Shown in pieces: positions 1-11,800 of a DNA stretch of 64,000 nt. The position numbers were made by a program, and so were the translations under genes. Below the pieces are notes generated by a model. That model saw only the letters and a list, made by a program, of their open reading frames with translations, made no database searches and was not told the origin of the DNA. Origin of the DNA: Cetorhinus maximus (lineage: Eukaryota); contig NC_135917.1 of assembly GCF_964194155.1 (NCBI RefSeq), forward strand, positions 1,674,001 through 1,738,000. The letters are read 5' to 3'. Every line of letters begins with the position of its first letter. The first letter of the stretch is position 1.

Positions 1-3000
1 TGAACAATACGTGTTCAACATTAGGACGCAAGGTGAAAAAGAGTCCATAGATCAGTATGTGACTGCAGTAACACAGCTTGAAGAATCATGTGAATTTGGG
101 CAATTAAAAGATTATCTCATTAAAGATAGAATTGTCTTAGGCATAAGAGATCCAACAGTGAGAGCAAGTCTACTGGGAGAGGAGAAACTTATTCTCAAGA
201 AAGTGATAGACGTGCGTAGAAATGCAGAGGTTATAAAATATCAGCTAGACCACATGTATGTCAGAACAGACCAGGAAATACATTATGCTGAATGACATTC
301 CAGGCTGAAAGTGCAGAACAATCACAGACAAAGGACAGGATGCAAATACTTTGGAGGATATCACACAAAGGAAAAGAAGGATTGTTCAGAGTGGGGAAAG
401 CAGTAGTTTTAACTGCAAGAAGCTGAATCATTTTGTGCACAAATGTTTGGCCAGAAAGAAGCAAAACAAGCCTATACAGATGGCCATTGGAGAGATATCA
501 GCCAAAGAGTCTGACGATACAATAGGTTGGTTCCGTCAAGTCTATCGGTAATAAATGGTTTGTGACTGTTAGAATGTTGACCACAGAAGGAGGGCATCAA
601 GTAAACAAGAAGTGTCAGATAGACACTGGTGTGTCATGCAACATCATGACCTTCACAGACCTGTGCGAAGTGGCTCAACATGGCGATCCAAAAATGAAGC
701 TGTCAAAAGTAAAGTTGAAGCTATACGATGGCTTGATATTCATACCAAGAGGACAAATTAGTTTCGAGAGCCCAATAGAATGACAAGAATGAAGACCTAG
801 AGTTCCAGATCATAGACAGTATGCAGTAGCCACTCAGCTGGAGCAAGTCTAAAGCTTGGCCTGATAACCCTAAATGTGCTAACAGAGATTTATAGTGTGT
901 CACAGCACACACAACCATTGACCGCTGAACAGATCTAGAGGAGTACAAAGACGTATTTACGGGGTTTGGATGTCTACCTGGAGAATATCATCTCGAAGTG
1001 GATGAGAGTGTAAGACCAATTAAGCATCTGCTGAGAAGAGTTCCAGCTGCCTTCAAGTCAAGTCTAAAAGACAAGGTAGAAGAGCTGGAAAAGAAGGGAG
1101 TAATCAAGAAAGTGACAGCTCTTACAGACTCGATTAGCAGCATGGTAGCAGTGAAACAACCTGGAAAGCTGAGAGTATGCTTCGACCCAAAGGATTTAAA
1201 TATAGTGCTGAAGAGATCTCACTGCCCCATGCCAACCATCAAAGGAATTTTGCCGCAACTTGCCAAGGCAAAGATCTTTACTGCCCTAAATGCAAAGGAT
1301 GGTTACTAGCAAGTGAAGCTGGATGAAAGCTTTCTAACTACATTCTGGATGCCGTTTGGGAGATACAGATGGTTATGCATTTCCATGGCTCCAGAAGAGT
1401 ACCAATGCAGACAGCATGAGATAGTCAGTGGTCTTCCTGGAGTGGAAGCCATAGTGCTAGTTAATGGATGTGGAGACACAATGGAAGAAGCCATAGCTGA
1501 CCATGATCAGAATTTAATACAACTGCTAGAGAGAGCTCGCCAGATGAAGCTGAAGTTGAACAAGAAAAAATTGCAATTGAAGATGCCTGAAGTCAAGTAC
1601 ATAGGTCATAAACTGACAGCAAACTGTCTTCGCCTGGATTCTGACTAGGTGAGAGCTGTGGTAGCAACGCAGAGACCAACAGATGAGAAAGCAGTGCAAC
1701 GATTTGTTGGATTCATGAACTATTTAGCAAAGTCTTCTGCCCAATTTGTCGTGAGTGCGAGCCATTACACAAGCTCACTGCCAGGATGTGCAGTGGTATT
1801 GGGGCACAGAACAAGAAGCAGCGTTCACTAAAATCAAATAACTAGTGACGGCAATGCCAGTGCTGAAGTACTATGATGTCAATGATAAAGTCACCTTGTG
1901 GTGTGACGTCGGCAAGACAGGTCTTGGAGCAACCCTAATGCAGCAAGGACAACCAGTCGCACTTGCATCCAGGGCATTAATGCAAACTGAATGATGCTGC
2001 ACTCAGATCAAGAAAGCGTGCCTGGCTATTTTTTTTTGCTTGTGAGAATTTTCATCAATACCTGCTTGGGAAAGACAAAATAACAAATAACTGTGGAGTC
2101 CAACCACAAGCCACTTCAAAGCATTTTTCTCAAACTGCTACTATCTGTTCCAAAGCATCTGCAAAGAATGTTATTTTGTTTACGGAGTTATCACCAGGAT
2201 GTGACATTCAAGCAAGGAAAACATATATAGCGCTGACATGCTGTCAAAAGCAGCACTCCCCATGAAGAAAGTTGAGGATGCTACAACAGAATGTGAAATC
2301 TTCCAGATTCAACGTGCAGTTGCAGCTCGACACGCCTTGGAAGTCATCAACCCAGCAGAGACATTGAATCTGACAGACAAGCGCCTTGCTCAAATCAAGA
2401 GAACTACCCAACAAGATGCAGCTCTCCAAGTGCTGCAAGAGGTAATGATGAAAAAATGGCCTGAGAGCATCGAGGATAGACCTGTGGTCACAAGAGCATA
2501 TTGGGGATACAGAGATGATTGACAGCCCAAGATGACACCTTGCACAAAGGAAATAGAGTCATCAACCCTAAGGAGATGAGAGGAGAGATGCTGAAGCGCA
2601 TCTGTGCAAGCCATAAAGGAATTAAATTGAGTCTGAGGAAGGTAAGAGAAGTGCTCTACGGGCCAAACATGAGCAATGAAATTAAAGACCATATCAGCCA
2701 GTGAGGTGCTTGTAATGAGTACCAAGTTAAACAAGCTAGAGAGCCATTGATGATGCATGATATCCTAGACAGACCATGGATGAAGCTGGAAGTAGACCTC
2801 TTCACTATAGCAGGAACTGATTATCTTGTGATTGTAGACTACTATTCTGACTACTGGGAGGTAGATCAGCTGGGAGGTAGATCAATGACAACAGGAGAGA
2901 TAGCAGAGTGCTTGAAAGCACACTTCAGTCTATACAGCATTCCAGACATTGTGATGTGACAAATGTCCTCGATTCACGAGTGAAGAATTCAGCTTCTTCA

Positions 3001-4070
3001 TGAAGGATTGGGAAATTTAACACTATACATCATCTCTGTACTATTCCCAGTTGAATGGAAAGGCTGAAGTGACAGTGAAAATCGCCAAAGCAATCATCAA
3101 GAAATTGAGAAAATCTAGCACAAGGCAATCCTTGAGTGGAGAAACACAGCAACTGAAGGCATGGAAAGTAGTCACACCCAAACTACCCTTCTAATAGCAA
3201 AAAAGCTACTGAATTCAGAAGTAGTAACAGATGAGAGTGAAACAATCAAGGTGAAACAGCAGAAAGCCAAATTTCATTTTGACAAGACTGCCAAACTCTT
3301 GCCAGAGTTGAGCATTGGAGAGTCTGTCAGGGTACAAGCCTTCAATGCTCTCAACAGGAGTCAGCCCATGTGGCAACTTGGGACATGCATGGAGCAGTTG
3401 TCACCTCGATTGTATGCAATGGAAGTGAATGACCAAATTTATCGGCAGAACCACAGGCATGTATGAACAACTAGAGAAGCTGTTCCTTCACAGCAGTCGG
3501 CTGGTCAGGAAGATGGGATCTCACAAGTTGTACTGAGCACAGAACAACCATCACTTCTAGAGATCCACCGGTACCCAACAATGGAAATGGAACAACAAGA
3601 ATAGTTACCACGGCCACAAGTGCCACGGTAACGACACTTCCTGGAGATGGAACATCATCCAGACAAACAGCCAATGACAATGCGCACACGTACCATTAAG
3701 AGACCTGCACAATTTTGTGTGTGCAAGGCATGTGTAGAGACTGACGAGAATAACAAACAGTTTTGAATGCGTGAGAACAGTTGTGGTGTAGTGGGTAACT
3801 CTCAGTCACACGTGATAGTGCATGCAAAGTTGCCTGTTGTTCGTTATGGAAAGGAGGATGTTTGGGTTTTGAAATGCAATCATTACTAAGTGTCCTACCT
3901 AACTTGCCATAGTTACATGACCTCTGCCATGAGGGAATGTGTTGGGTCAGCCATGTTACATTCATTTTATTAAAGACATCACACCAGAAAGACTGTAGTC
4001 TTTGAGCACAGAACAAATACCATGCAGTCCCTATCTTAATATGTGGTGATGCTTGCCTCAGCTAGAAACA
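1..4070 (+). mobile_element. Decayed Ty3/Gypsy LTR retrotransposon (gag-PR-RT-RNaseH-INT remnants, PPT and 3' LTR); 5' part outside the window
   Basis: Broken ORFs in Gypsy order: gag (LIKDRIVLGIRD, 11-295), protease (IDTGVSCN, ~620), RT (KLRVCFDPKDLN, PFGRYRW, 998-1650), RNase H (~1860-2250), integrase (DLF...VDYYS, 2747-3150). Many stops and frameshifts. Confidence 0.93.
3859..4070 (+). repeat. 3' LTR of the Gypsy element (212 bp)
   Basis: Follows the polypurine tract GGAAAGGAGGA (3848-3858). Has TGTTT...AAACA inverted termini and ATTAAA at ~3969. Penelope coding sequence begins immediately after 4070. Confidence 0.75.
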
Positions 4071-5478
4071 ATATTCATTACAAGTCTACCGACTCCCACA
4101 GCTACCTCGACTACAGCTCCTCACACCCCGCTTCCTGTAAGGACTCCATCCCATTCTTTCAGTTCCGTCTGATACTTTCAAAAGTGATGATACTTTCAAA
4201 AACAGTTCCTCTGACATGTCTTCCTTCTTCCTTAACCGAGGTTTTCCACCCATTGTGGTCGACAGGGCCCTCAACCGTGTCTGGCCCATCTCCCACACAT
4301 CTGCCCTCACACCTTCCTCTCCCTCCCAGAACCATGATAGGGTCCCCCTTGTCCTCACTTATCACCCCACCAGCCTCCGCGTTCAAAAGATCATCCTCCG
4401 CCATTTCCGCCAACTCCAGCATGATGCCACCACCAAACACATCTTCCCTTCACCTCCCCTGGTGGCATTCCGCAGGGATCGTTCCCTCTGGGACACCCTG
4501 GTCCACTCCTCCATCACCCCCTACACCTCAACCCCCTCCCACGGCACCTTCCCTTGCAACCGCAGAATGTGCAACACCTGCCCCTCTCCTCACCGTCCAA
4601 GGGCCCAAACACTCCTTTCAAGTAAAGCAGCATTTCATTTGCACTTCCCTCAATTTAGTCGACTGCATTCGCTGCTCCCAATGCGGTTTCCTCTACATTG
4701 GAGAGACCAAACGCAAACTGGGTGACCGCTTTGCGGAACACCTTCTGTCTGTCCGCAAGCATGACCCAGACCTCCCTGTCGCTTGCCATTTCAACATACC
4801 ACCCTGCTCTCATGCCCACATGTCTGTCCTTGGCCTGCTGCAATGTTCCAGTGAAGCTCAATGCAAACTGGAGGAACAGCACCTCATCTTCCGACTAGGC
4901 ACTTTACAGCCTTCCGGACTGAATATTGAGTTCAACAATTTTAGATCATGAACTCTCTCCTCCATCCCCACCCCCTTTCCGATCCCCCTTTTTTCCAATA
5001 CTTTATATAGATTTTTCTTTTCCCACCTATTTCCATTATTTTTAAATGTATTTCCATCCATTGTTTTATCTCTACCTTTTAGCCTATTTCGATCCCTTCC
5101 CTCCACCCCACCCCCACTAGGGCTATCTGTACCTTGCTCATCCTGCTTTCTACCCTTAATGTCACCTATTAGCACATTCCTTAGATAATATCACCACCTT
5201 CAACACCTCTTTGCCCTTTTGTCTGTGACATCTTTTGGTTATCTCCACCTATCACTGGCCCTCTATCCAGCTATACCTGTCCCACCTCCCCCCCCCCCCC
5301 CTCCTCTAAACCAGCTTATATTTCACCTCTCTTCTATTTTTCCTTAGTTCTGTCGAAGAGTCATACGGACTCGAAACGTTAACCGTCTTCCTCTCTGCAG
5401 ATGCTGCCAGACCTGCTGAGTTTTTCCAGGTATTTTTATTTTTGTTTTGGATTTTCAGCATCCGCAGTTTTTTGCTTT
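4071..5478 (+). mobile_element. Penelope-like retroelement 3' part (RT C-terminus, GIY-YIG endonuclease, 3' UTR/terminal repeat)
   Basis: Frameshifted ORF pieces HYKSTDSHSYLDYSSSHP, DRVPLVLTYHP and CIRCSQCGFLYIGETKRKLGDRFAEH...GLNIEF (stop 4951). A pyrimidine-rich UTR and hammerhead-bearing terminus follow. Confidence 0.92.
5345..5384 (+). ncRNA. Minimal type I hammerhead ribozyme motif (degenerate) in the Penelope terminus
   Basis: GTT-CTGTCGA-A-GAGTC-atacg-GACTC-GAAAC-GTT-AAC gives a CUGANGA-like box (A6 changed to T), a 5-bp stem II, the GAAA box, a palindromic AACGTT stem III and a GTT/AAC stem I. Confidence 0.65.
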
Positions 5479-5679
5479 CAACTAGAAACAAGTCCAATTG
5501 TGTGGCTTGAAGGATTGTGACATAATGCCACATTTCGGTATAAAAATGTATAATTTTATTTAATTTGGAGGAAAGGGGATCGAAAACAGCAGCCAAAAAA
5601 GGTTGGCAAACATTCTTTTTCTGAAGATGCACTCTTGATTTGGAGGTTTGGAAGGCAGAAAGACGCACGCAGGCCCTGC

Positions 5680-5780
5680 AAACTACAACTCCCAGCAAGC
5701 TTGGTGGGTTATTTCCGGTGTAGGGAAATGCTTCCAGGTGACAGCTTTCGGCGCCTTTTTTGCCTCAGAAAATGGCGTCA
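5680..5780 (+). promoter_or_regulatory. PRIM1 proximal promoter: ZNF143/THAP11-type, ETS, E2F-like and YY1 motifs
   Basis: AACTACAACTCCCAGCAAGC (5681-5700), ATTTCCGG (5711-5718), TTTCGGCGCC (5746-5755) and AAAATGGCG overlapping the start codon. Motif matches only. Confidence 0.65.
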
Positions 5781-5886
5781 AGCGAGAGTCAGTATGATGC
5801 GGCTGAGTTACCAGATTTACTCCCCATTTATTACAGACGTCTCTTCCCATTTCCGCTGTACTTCAGGTGGTTAAACTATGGTGGTG
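5772..5886 (+). CDS. PRIM1: PRIM1 coding exon 1
   Basis: [38 protein letters not shown]; donor GTAAGG at 5887. Confidence 0.93.
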
Positions 5887-8800
5887 GTAAGGAGGAAATA
5901 TATTTTTTCTTTGCAAGTACTTTTTGCTATTTTATTACTGTGCAAAAGGGTTTGTTCCAGGGTTCGGGTAAAGTGGAAGGAACTTGTGTGTTGGCTGCTT
6001 TCTATTCAAAGGTACCTCTGTACCTATTTAAATCGATCTAAAATGCATTTCATTGCGATTTAGTAATTCTCCTCTTTTTGTTAAATATCAAATGTTTAAA
6101 AGTACAAATAGGGGAGGCGATGGCATAGTGGTATTGTCACCAGACTAGTAATCCAGAGACCCGGAGTAATGCTCTGGGGACCTGGTTTTGAATCCCACAA
6201 GGGCGGTATTAAAACAAATTATAAAGTCTGATGATGATCATGAAACCATTGTCGATTGTTGTAAAAACCCATCTGGTTCACTAATGCCCTTTAGGGAAGG
6301 AAATTTGCCATCCTTACCTGTGACTCCAGACCCACAGCAATGTGGTTGACTCTTAAATGCCCTCTTAACGAGGGCAATTCGGAACGGGCAATAAATGTAG
6401 GCCCAGCCAGCGATGCCACATCCAATTAATTTTTTTAAAATCCTGTAGTTAAAAGGAAAGTCAAGTCATACACGAACTCTGCATTTTGATAGCTGTGCTT
6501 TAGGACATGTCAAAACCCATCAACTTAATTTTATATTTTGTTAACAACTGTAAATTGCTATAAATTGTATGAATTTAGCATACCCATTCCCCCTCCCTGT
6601 TTAAACTACCTTTCAGCCATCAAGGCAGATAATTATCCACAGTTGAGATTTCTATGAGGCAGACTTGTACCAATTGCAAAACTATTGAAAGGGAGTTGGC
6701 AAGAATTGTATTTAAATCAGTGTTTCTGCCAGAAAAGTGCCTAAATATTACAGGTCTACCATGTAACTTCTGTGATAATGCCATGAGTTTGCTGCCTCTT
6801 GCACAACATTTATGCTGGTTTTGTGTGCTAAATAGCATCTATTGAAACTTCAGAGCTGATTTGGAGCACCATTTTCACTGTTCAAAATGTAACTTTGTCA
6901 GCAAATCTATGTTGTAGGTTGGCAGCAGGAAAAACTTCTGGATTATTGTTAAAAATCCAACAAGCTCACAGATGCCCTGCATGGAAGGGAACCTACTTTT
7001 CCTACCTGGCTTGGCCTATGTGTGACTCCAGGTTGACTAATGCTCTTTAAAGTGGTTTAAACTACTTAGTTGTTTTAAGGAAACAGCCAAGGTAACAAGG
7101 GATGGACAATGAATGCAGTCATGTAAGCATCTCTCTCACTGTGACACACACACACACATCTGTTGTCACTCGGATTTCTGAGCAGTGTAAATGGTGCATG
7201 TTTGAAAGTGTCCACCAGGGCTGTTTAAAAGCACCTAACCTTACAATTAGAAGTTTTTACCCCTCCCAAACTTGGGTTGGGACAGGATAGAGAACACAGC
7301 TGAATAAACATGGTGAAATACATCTGCCACTGGTGAATGAAAGAGTTTAAAAATGAACTCTATATTGCACAAAAAGCCAATTACAGAACATGAAAGTATA
7401 CCGGTGCCAATATGCTAAATAAACCATTAACTCATTGTAGTATGTTTCTTAGCAAAGTGTGACCTGCTTCTTGGTGGCTCAGTACCACACTGAGGCTCTT
7501 TACTCGCAAGGTTATTAGTTGGATAATTACTCTCTTTGTGTCAACAGTCCCTAAGAACTATTTCCAAAATCGAGAATTTTCCTTCACCTTGAAAGATGAC
7601 ATCTATGTGCGTTATCTGTCCTTTAATAATCAGACTGAATTGGAGAAAGAGATACAGAAAATGGTCCCTTATAAGATTGACATTGGAGCTGTCTACTCAA
7701 ACAAGGTAACTCTTGAGTGCAATACTTCAGATGACTCCAATCTCATAGGTTGGATAGAAACTACCTTCAAGTACAAATTTTAAAACATCATAAAAGTGAT
7801 ATTCCAGGCATCATTGTTGATTTTATATGGTTTTAAGAAAAGACAAGCCCTGGAAATACTCAGCAGATCAGGCAGCATCTGTGGAGAGAGAAACAAGAGT
7901 TAATGTTCCAGGTCTGTGACCTTTCATCAATGTTAATTTCATACTAGCTGATCACTTGTGGTGTTATGTACAGAGTGAAAACATTTTTGAGTGATTTGCA
8001 GGAACCTAATGTCCAGGTTGTGAAAACTCGGGAGCCTGAGTTGCTGTGGGAACATTCACTTTTTACATGCATGTTGTAGTCTGGATCTATGGATAGTGAT
8101 GGTAGAGGCACCAATACTCTTTCCATCACATAGCTGACTGACCAGGAATCTCTCCCGCTCCTACCGCCTGCCATTGGCATGTGTTGGAAGGATTTGCAGG
8201 TTGATAATTAACCCAATTGGCTGCATTATGAACACCCCTTCCTTACTTGAACATCAAATCCTGGGGTAGGGCTTCAACCTGGAACTTTTGGCTCAGGTGT
8301 AAGGACCCACTGTGCCACAAGACCTCAGTAAATCTCAGTAATATATTCTTTAATAGCACCAGTGAACATTGTAACAAAGCACCACCTACAGGAGTGACCA
8401 GTAATGCAGGCACGTATATTAAGTTCCAAATAATACATGGGCACTGTGTACCAAAGTTTAATGTGTGATCGATGAATTGACTGGCATATTATCGAGTAAT
8501 TTAGCTGGTCGCAGCCAGGATAATAGTAGGGATTTGAACTGCAGCAGCATTCATTGTCCCTGGGTAAAGGGAGGAAAAATTGTCCAGTGAAACCTTGATT
8601 GCTGTCGAGCAACCATTGTTAGATGCAATTGTGGGGCTGTCGTGTATCGAGCTCAGTTGTGCTACTGCACAATAAGACGGTAAATTCTCTGAAGATTCAG
8701 TTATTAATAACTGTCAGTTCTCACGAAAGTGTTGAATCTTTCAGGTGAAGAGAGAGGAGAAAATTAGTGATGTGGAGTGAAAGTTTTTGTCAGCAATTCA

Positions 8801-11800
8801 TAACTATTCAGTGTTTCTTCTTTTGTAGCCTAGTCAGCATAACTCTGTGAAATCGGGAACCTTTCATGCTGAGTATAAAGAGCTGGTCTTTGATATTGAT
8901 ATGACAGACTATGATGATGTTCGAACCTGTTGCAGGTATGTTGATGCTTAATTTTTTTTTTTTTGTGCATGGACCCAGCATTTGCAATGCTAAACCTGTG
9001 GTGCTTTTGCAATTAAAACAGAAAATGCTAGCAACAAACATCAGGTCTGGCAGCATCTGTGGGAAGCAAAACAGAGTTAATGTTTTGGATCGATGACCTG
9101 TCATCAGACCTGGGAAAAGTCACTTTTACAATTGGCACTTCTGTTGTTTGGTTTGCAGAAGAGCACTGACTCCCTGCATTAGCCCTGCTAAAAGCAGCTC
9201 CCTTACGCCAACAGTAGAACTGTCGACCAAGGATGCTGAAGTATCTTGGTGTATGGCGAGTGCAGCATAGTTAACGAGTAAAGTGATAAAATTACATATG
9301 TCTCTTTTGTGCCGTACAGTTATGTTCACTAAGGAACTTTAGGGCTCGTGAGCTGTGTAATTTTAGTGGTAGAAAGGGCTACTGTTAAATTTTCACTTAA
9401 CTCATAGTTTCAGCAGAAATTGGAGATAGAAAAATGAGTATAATGAGAATTATTGAAAGATGTGGATGCAGTTTGTGTGTTTCAATAATCTGGAACTCTT
9501 GGAAACTGACTAGGTAGTTATTCTTCACTTATGTTTAGTAAAATGGAACCCAAAACTCCAATTAATAAGAGATTTTGGATTGGATTAGATTTTCCACTGG
9601 TTAACTTGTTTATGGGTCATAGAGTTTTACTGTTTATAATTTTTTAAAAAAACTTTTGTGGGTTGATGTTTGAAGGAGTGGGGAAGGGACTGGCTCATAT
9701 TAGATTGCAATGGTTCACCGTTCCTAATGTCTCCTGTGGATAGGAGACTGTACTGTTCATGTTGACATAGAATGGCTTTGAAATCTTTCAGAAGAATTGT
9801 CAAGTTATTTTGTATACTTCAGCTCTGCAGACATTTGCCACAAGTGCTGGACACTAATGACCATTGCTATCAAGATTCTGGACAGAGCATTGGGAGGTAA
9901 AATTGCATTGTGCTTTTTTGTTCTCCAGTAATTCTGCTTCTTGCCTTTTTTTTTTGCTCAATTCATCTCTTGAAGGTGCTGATTCTTTCTGGGCTACAGT
10001 TCCACAGGGGCCTACAGCTTTTTGATATTTGACGCAAGTGGCTTTGTCCTTGAGTGAGTGTCAGCGAGCTAATAGACATGTTCTGAAGGGGCTCATAGGT
10101 AATGTTTGGAAACACGAACTCTTACCTGTTTTTCTTTCTTTACTGTTCTCCTCTTCCCTCGCCACCTGGAGTGCTGAGGTGAATTGTAACACGCTTACTG
10201 CTGCCCTAGCCGAACTGAGCCAACCTAAGCATGGATTGAGCCTGCAGGTAGTTTAGTCTGTCTGGGTCAGCACGACAACACACTAGGCACCTTAACTTTG
10301 TGGAGATATTTGCTTTGTTTCTAAGCTATAAATGGATGTTGATTTCAAGTACTGGTGTAAATTGAAATGGTACTCAATTTATCAAAGCACATTCGCACTC
10401 CTTTAATAAGCTGCCACAGAAGTGGTTGACCTCTTGATTGGGCTGCTATCTTATCGTTTTACTAAAGTTGAGAGATAAGAACATGATGTTCTATCATTCA
10501 GCCTGGGCTCTCTGAAGTTTGCTGGATTGACTCATCTCTTCCTCCCTATGCTTCCCTGTGTGCTGAGATTGCAAATAATCAGCAGGAATGAGTGGCCTGT
10601 TTCTGTTCAGTACATTCTATAATCAGCAACTTAACGTGGATCACACCCACATCCAATCAATTTGTGGCATAGTAGATTGGATCCAATATACTGTACTGCC
10701 CTTGAAGGAAAATTTAAGGACGAGAGAGGGAGTAAGCGTACCCCTTTTTAAACTACACTGGTATTGTTGTCATAACAGAAATGCAGTGGTCTCTGTATTC
10801 TGAAATTCAATGTCACAGGTGCTCTGAGATAAGTCAAGCACCTGACATAATGCAGGTTTCCTATGTTCACATCACAGAGGACTTTGGGTTTCAGCACCGG
10901 CTCTGGATATACTCTGGGCGAAGAGGGGTCCATTGCTGGGTCTGTGATGAAAATGCACGGAATCTTTCCCAGGCAGCTCGGTCTGCTGTTGCAGAGTACC
11001 TGAGTGTGGTTAAGGTATGTATCTTCTAAGCCATGCGATTAATTGTACTTTTAGAGAAAACATAACATGTAACCATTCTACCATCAGTTTGTAACGCCAA
11101 ATGCAACCGGCTGTTTTACAGGGTGGAACAGATGCAATCAAGAAAGTACATCTGACTAATCCCATTCATCCTTCTATTCAGTGAGTGCATTAGAGTAAGA
11201 AAGTAGCTCTGTCTATGGTTATTTGGAGAATATTTTGTTACCAGAATGTGGTTATAAGATACTAACCTCATTTTGTGGATTAAATGTCAACTGTGCCTTT
11301 ATTGGTAGCATTCTCTCCTCTGACCCATTAGGCCATTTGTTCAAACCCCCCTCCAGAGATTTGAGCATAATCTAGGCTGAATTGTTGGAGGTTCTGTCTT
11401 TGAGATGAGAACATTAAATCTGCCCTCTTGAGTGGATGTAAAAGATCTGATGGTACCATTCAAAAAAAGAGCAAGGGAGTTATTCCCAGTGTCCTGGCCA
11501 ATATTTATCGGTCAAGTAAACATCACAAAAACAGATTATCTGATTGTTACCTCGTTGCTGTTCGTGGGACCTTGCTGTGCACAAATTGGTTTCTGCATTT
11601 CCTTGCATTGTAGCAGTGACTACATTTCAAAAGTACTTCATTGGCTGTGAAGCACCTCTTTGCATGTTGAGGTTGTGAAATGCAAGTCTTTATGAAGACA
11701 TCTGAATGTATCCATATGTAGTTGGATCACTGTCGTGCAAGGACAGGAGCATTGTACCACTTCGAACACAATGTCTTGTCCTTAAAGTATGTGCCTTTTT

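Noticed and set aside
4043-4951. 302-aa ORF as a host gene
   Set aside because: It is a chimera of LTR end and frameshifted Penelope sequence; the middle is read out of frame.
6111-6200. tRNA gene (also tRNA-like heads at ~15070, 24690 and 27705)
   Set aside because: These are SINE heads with A/B-box remnants and no complete cloverleaf.
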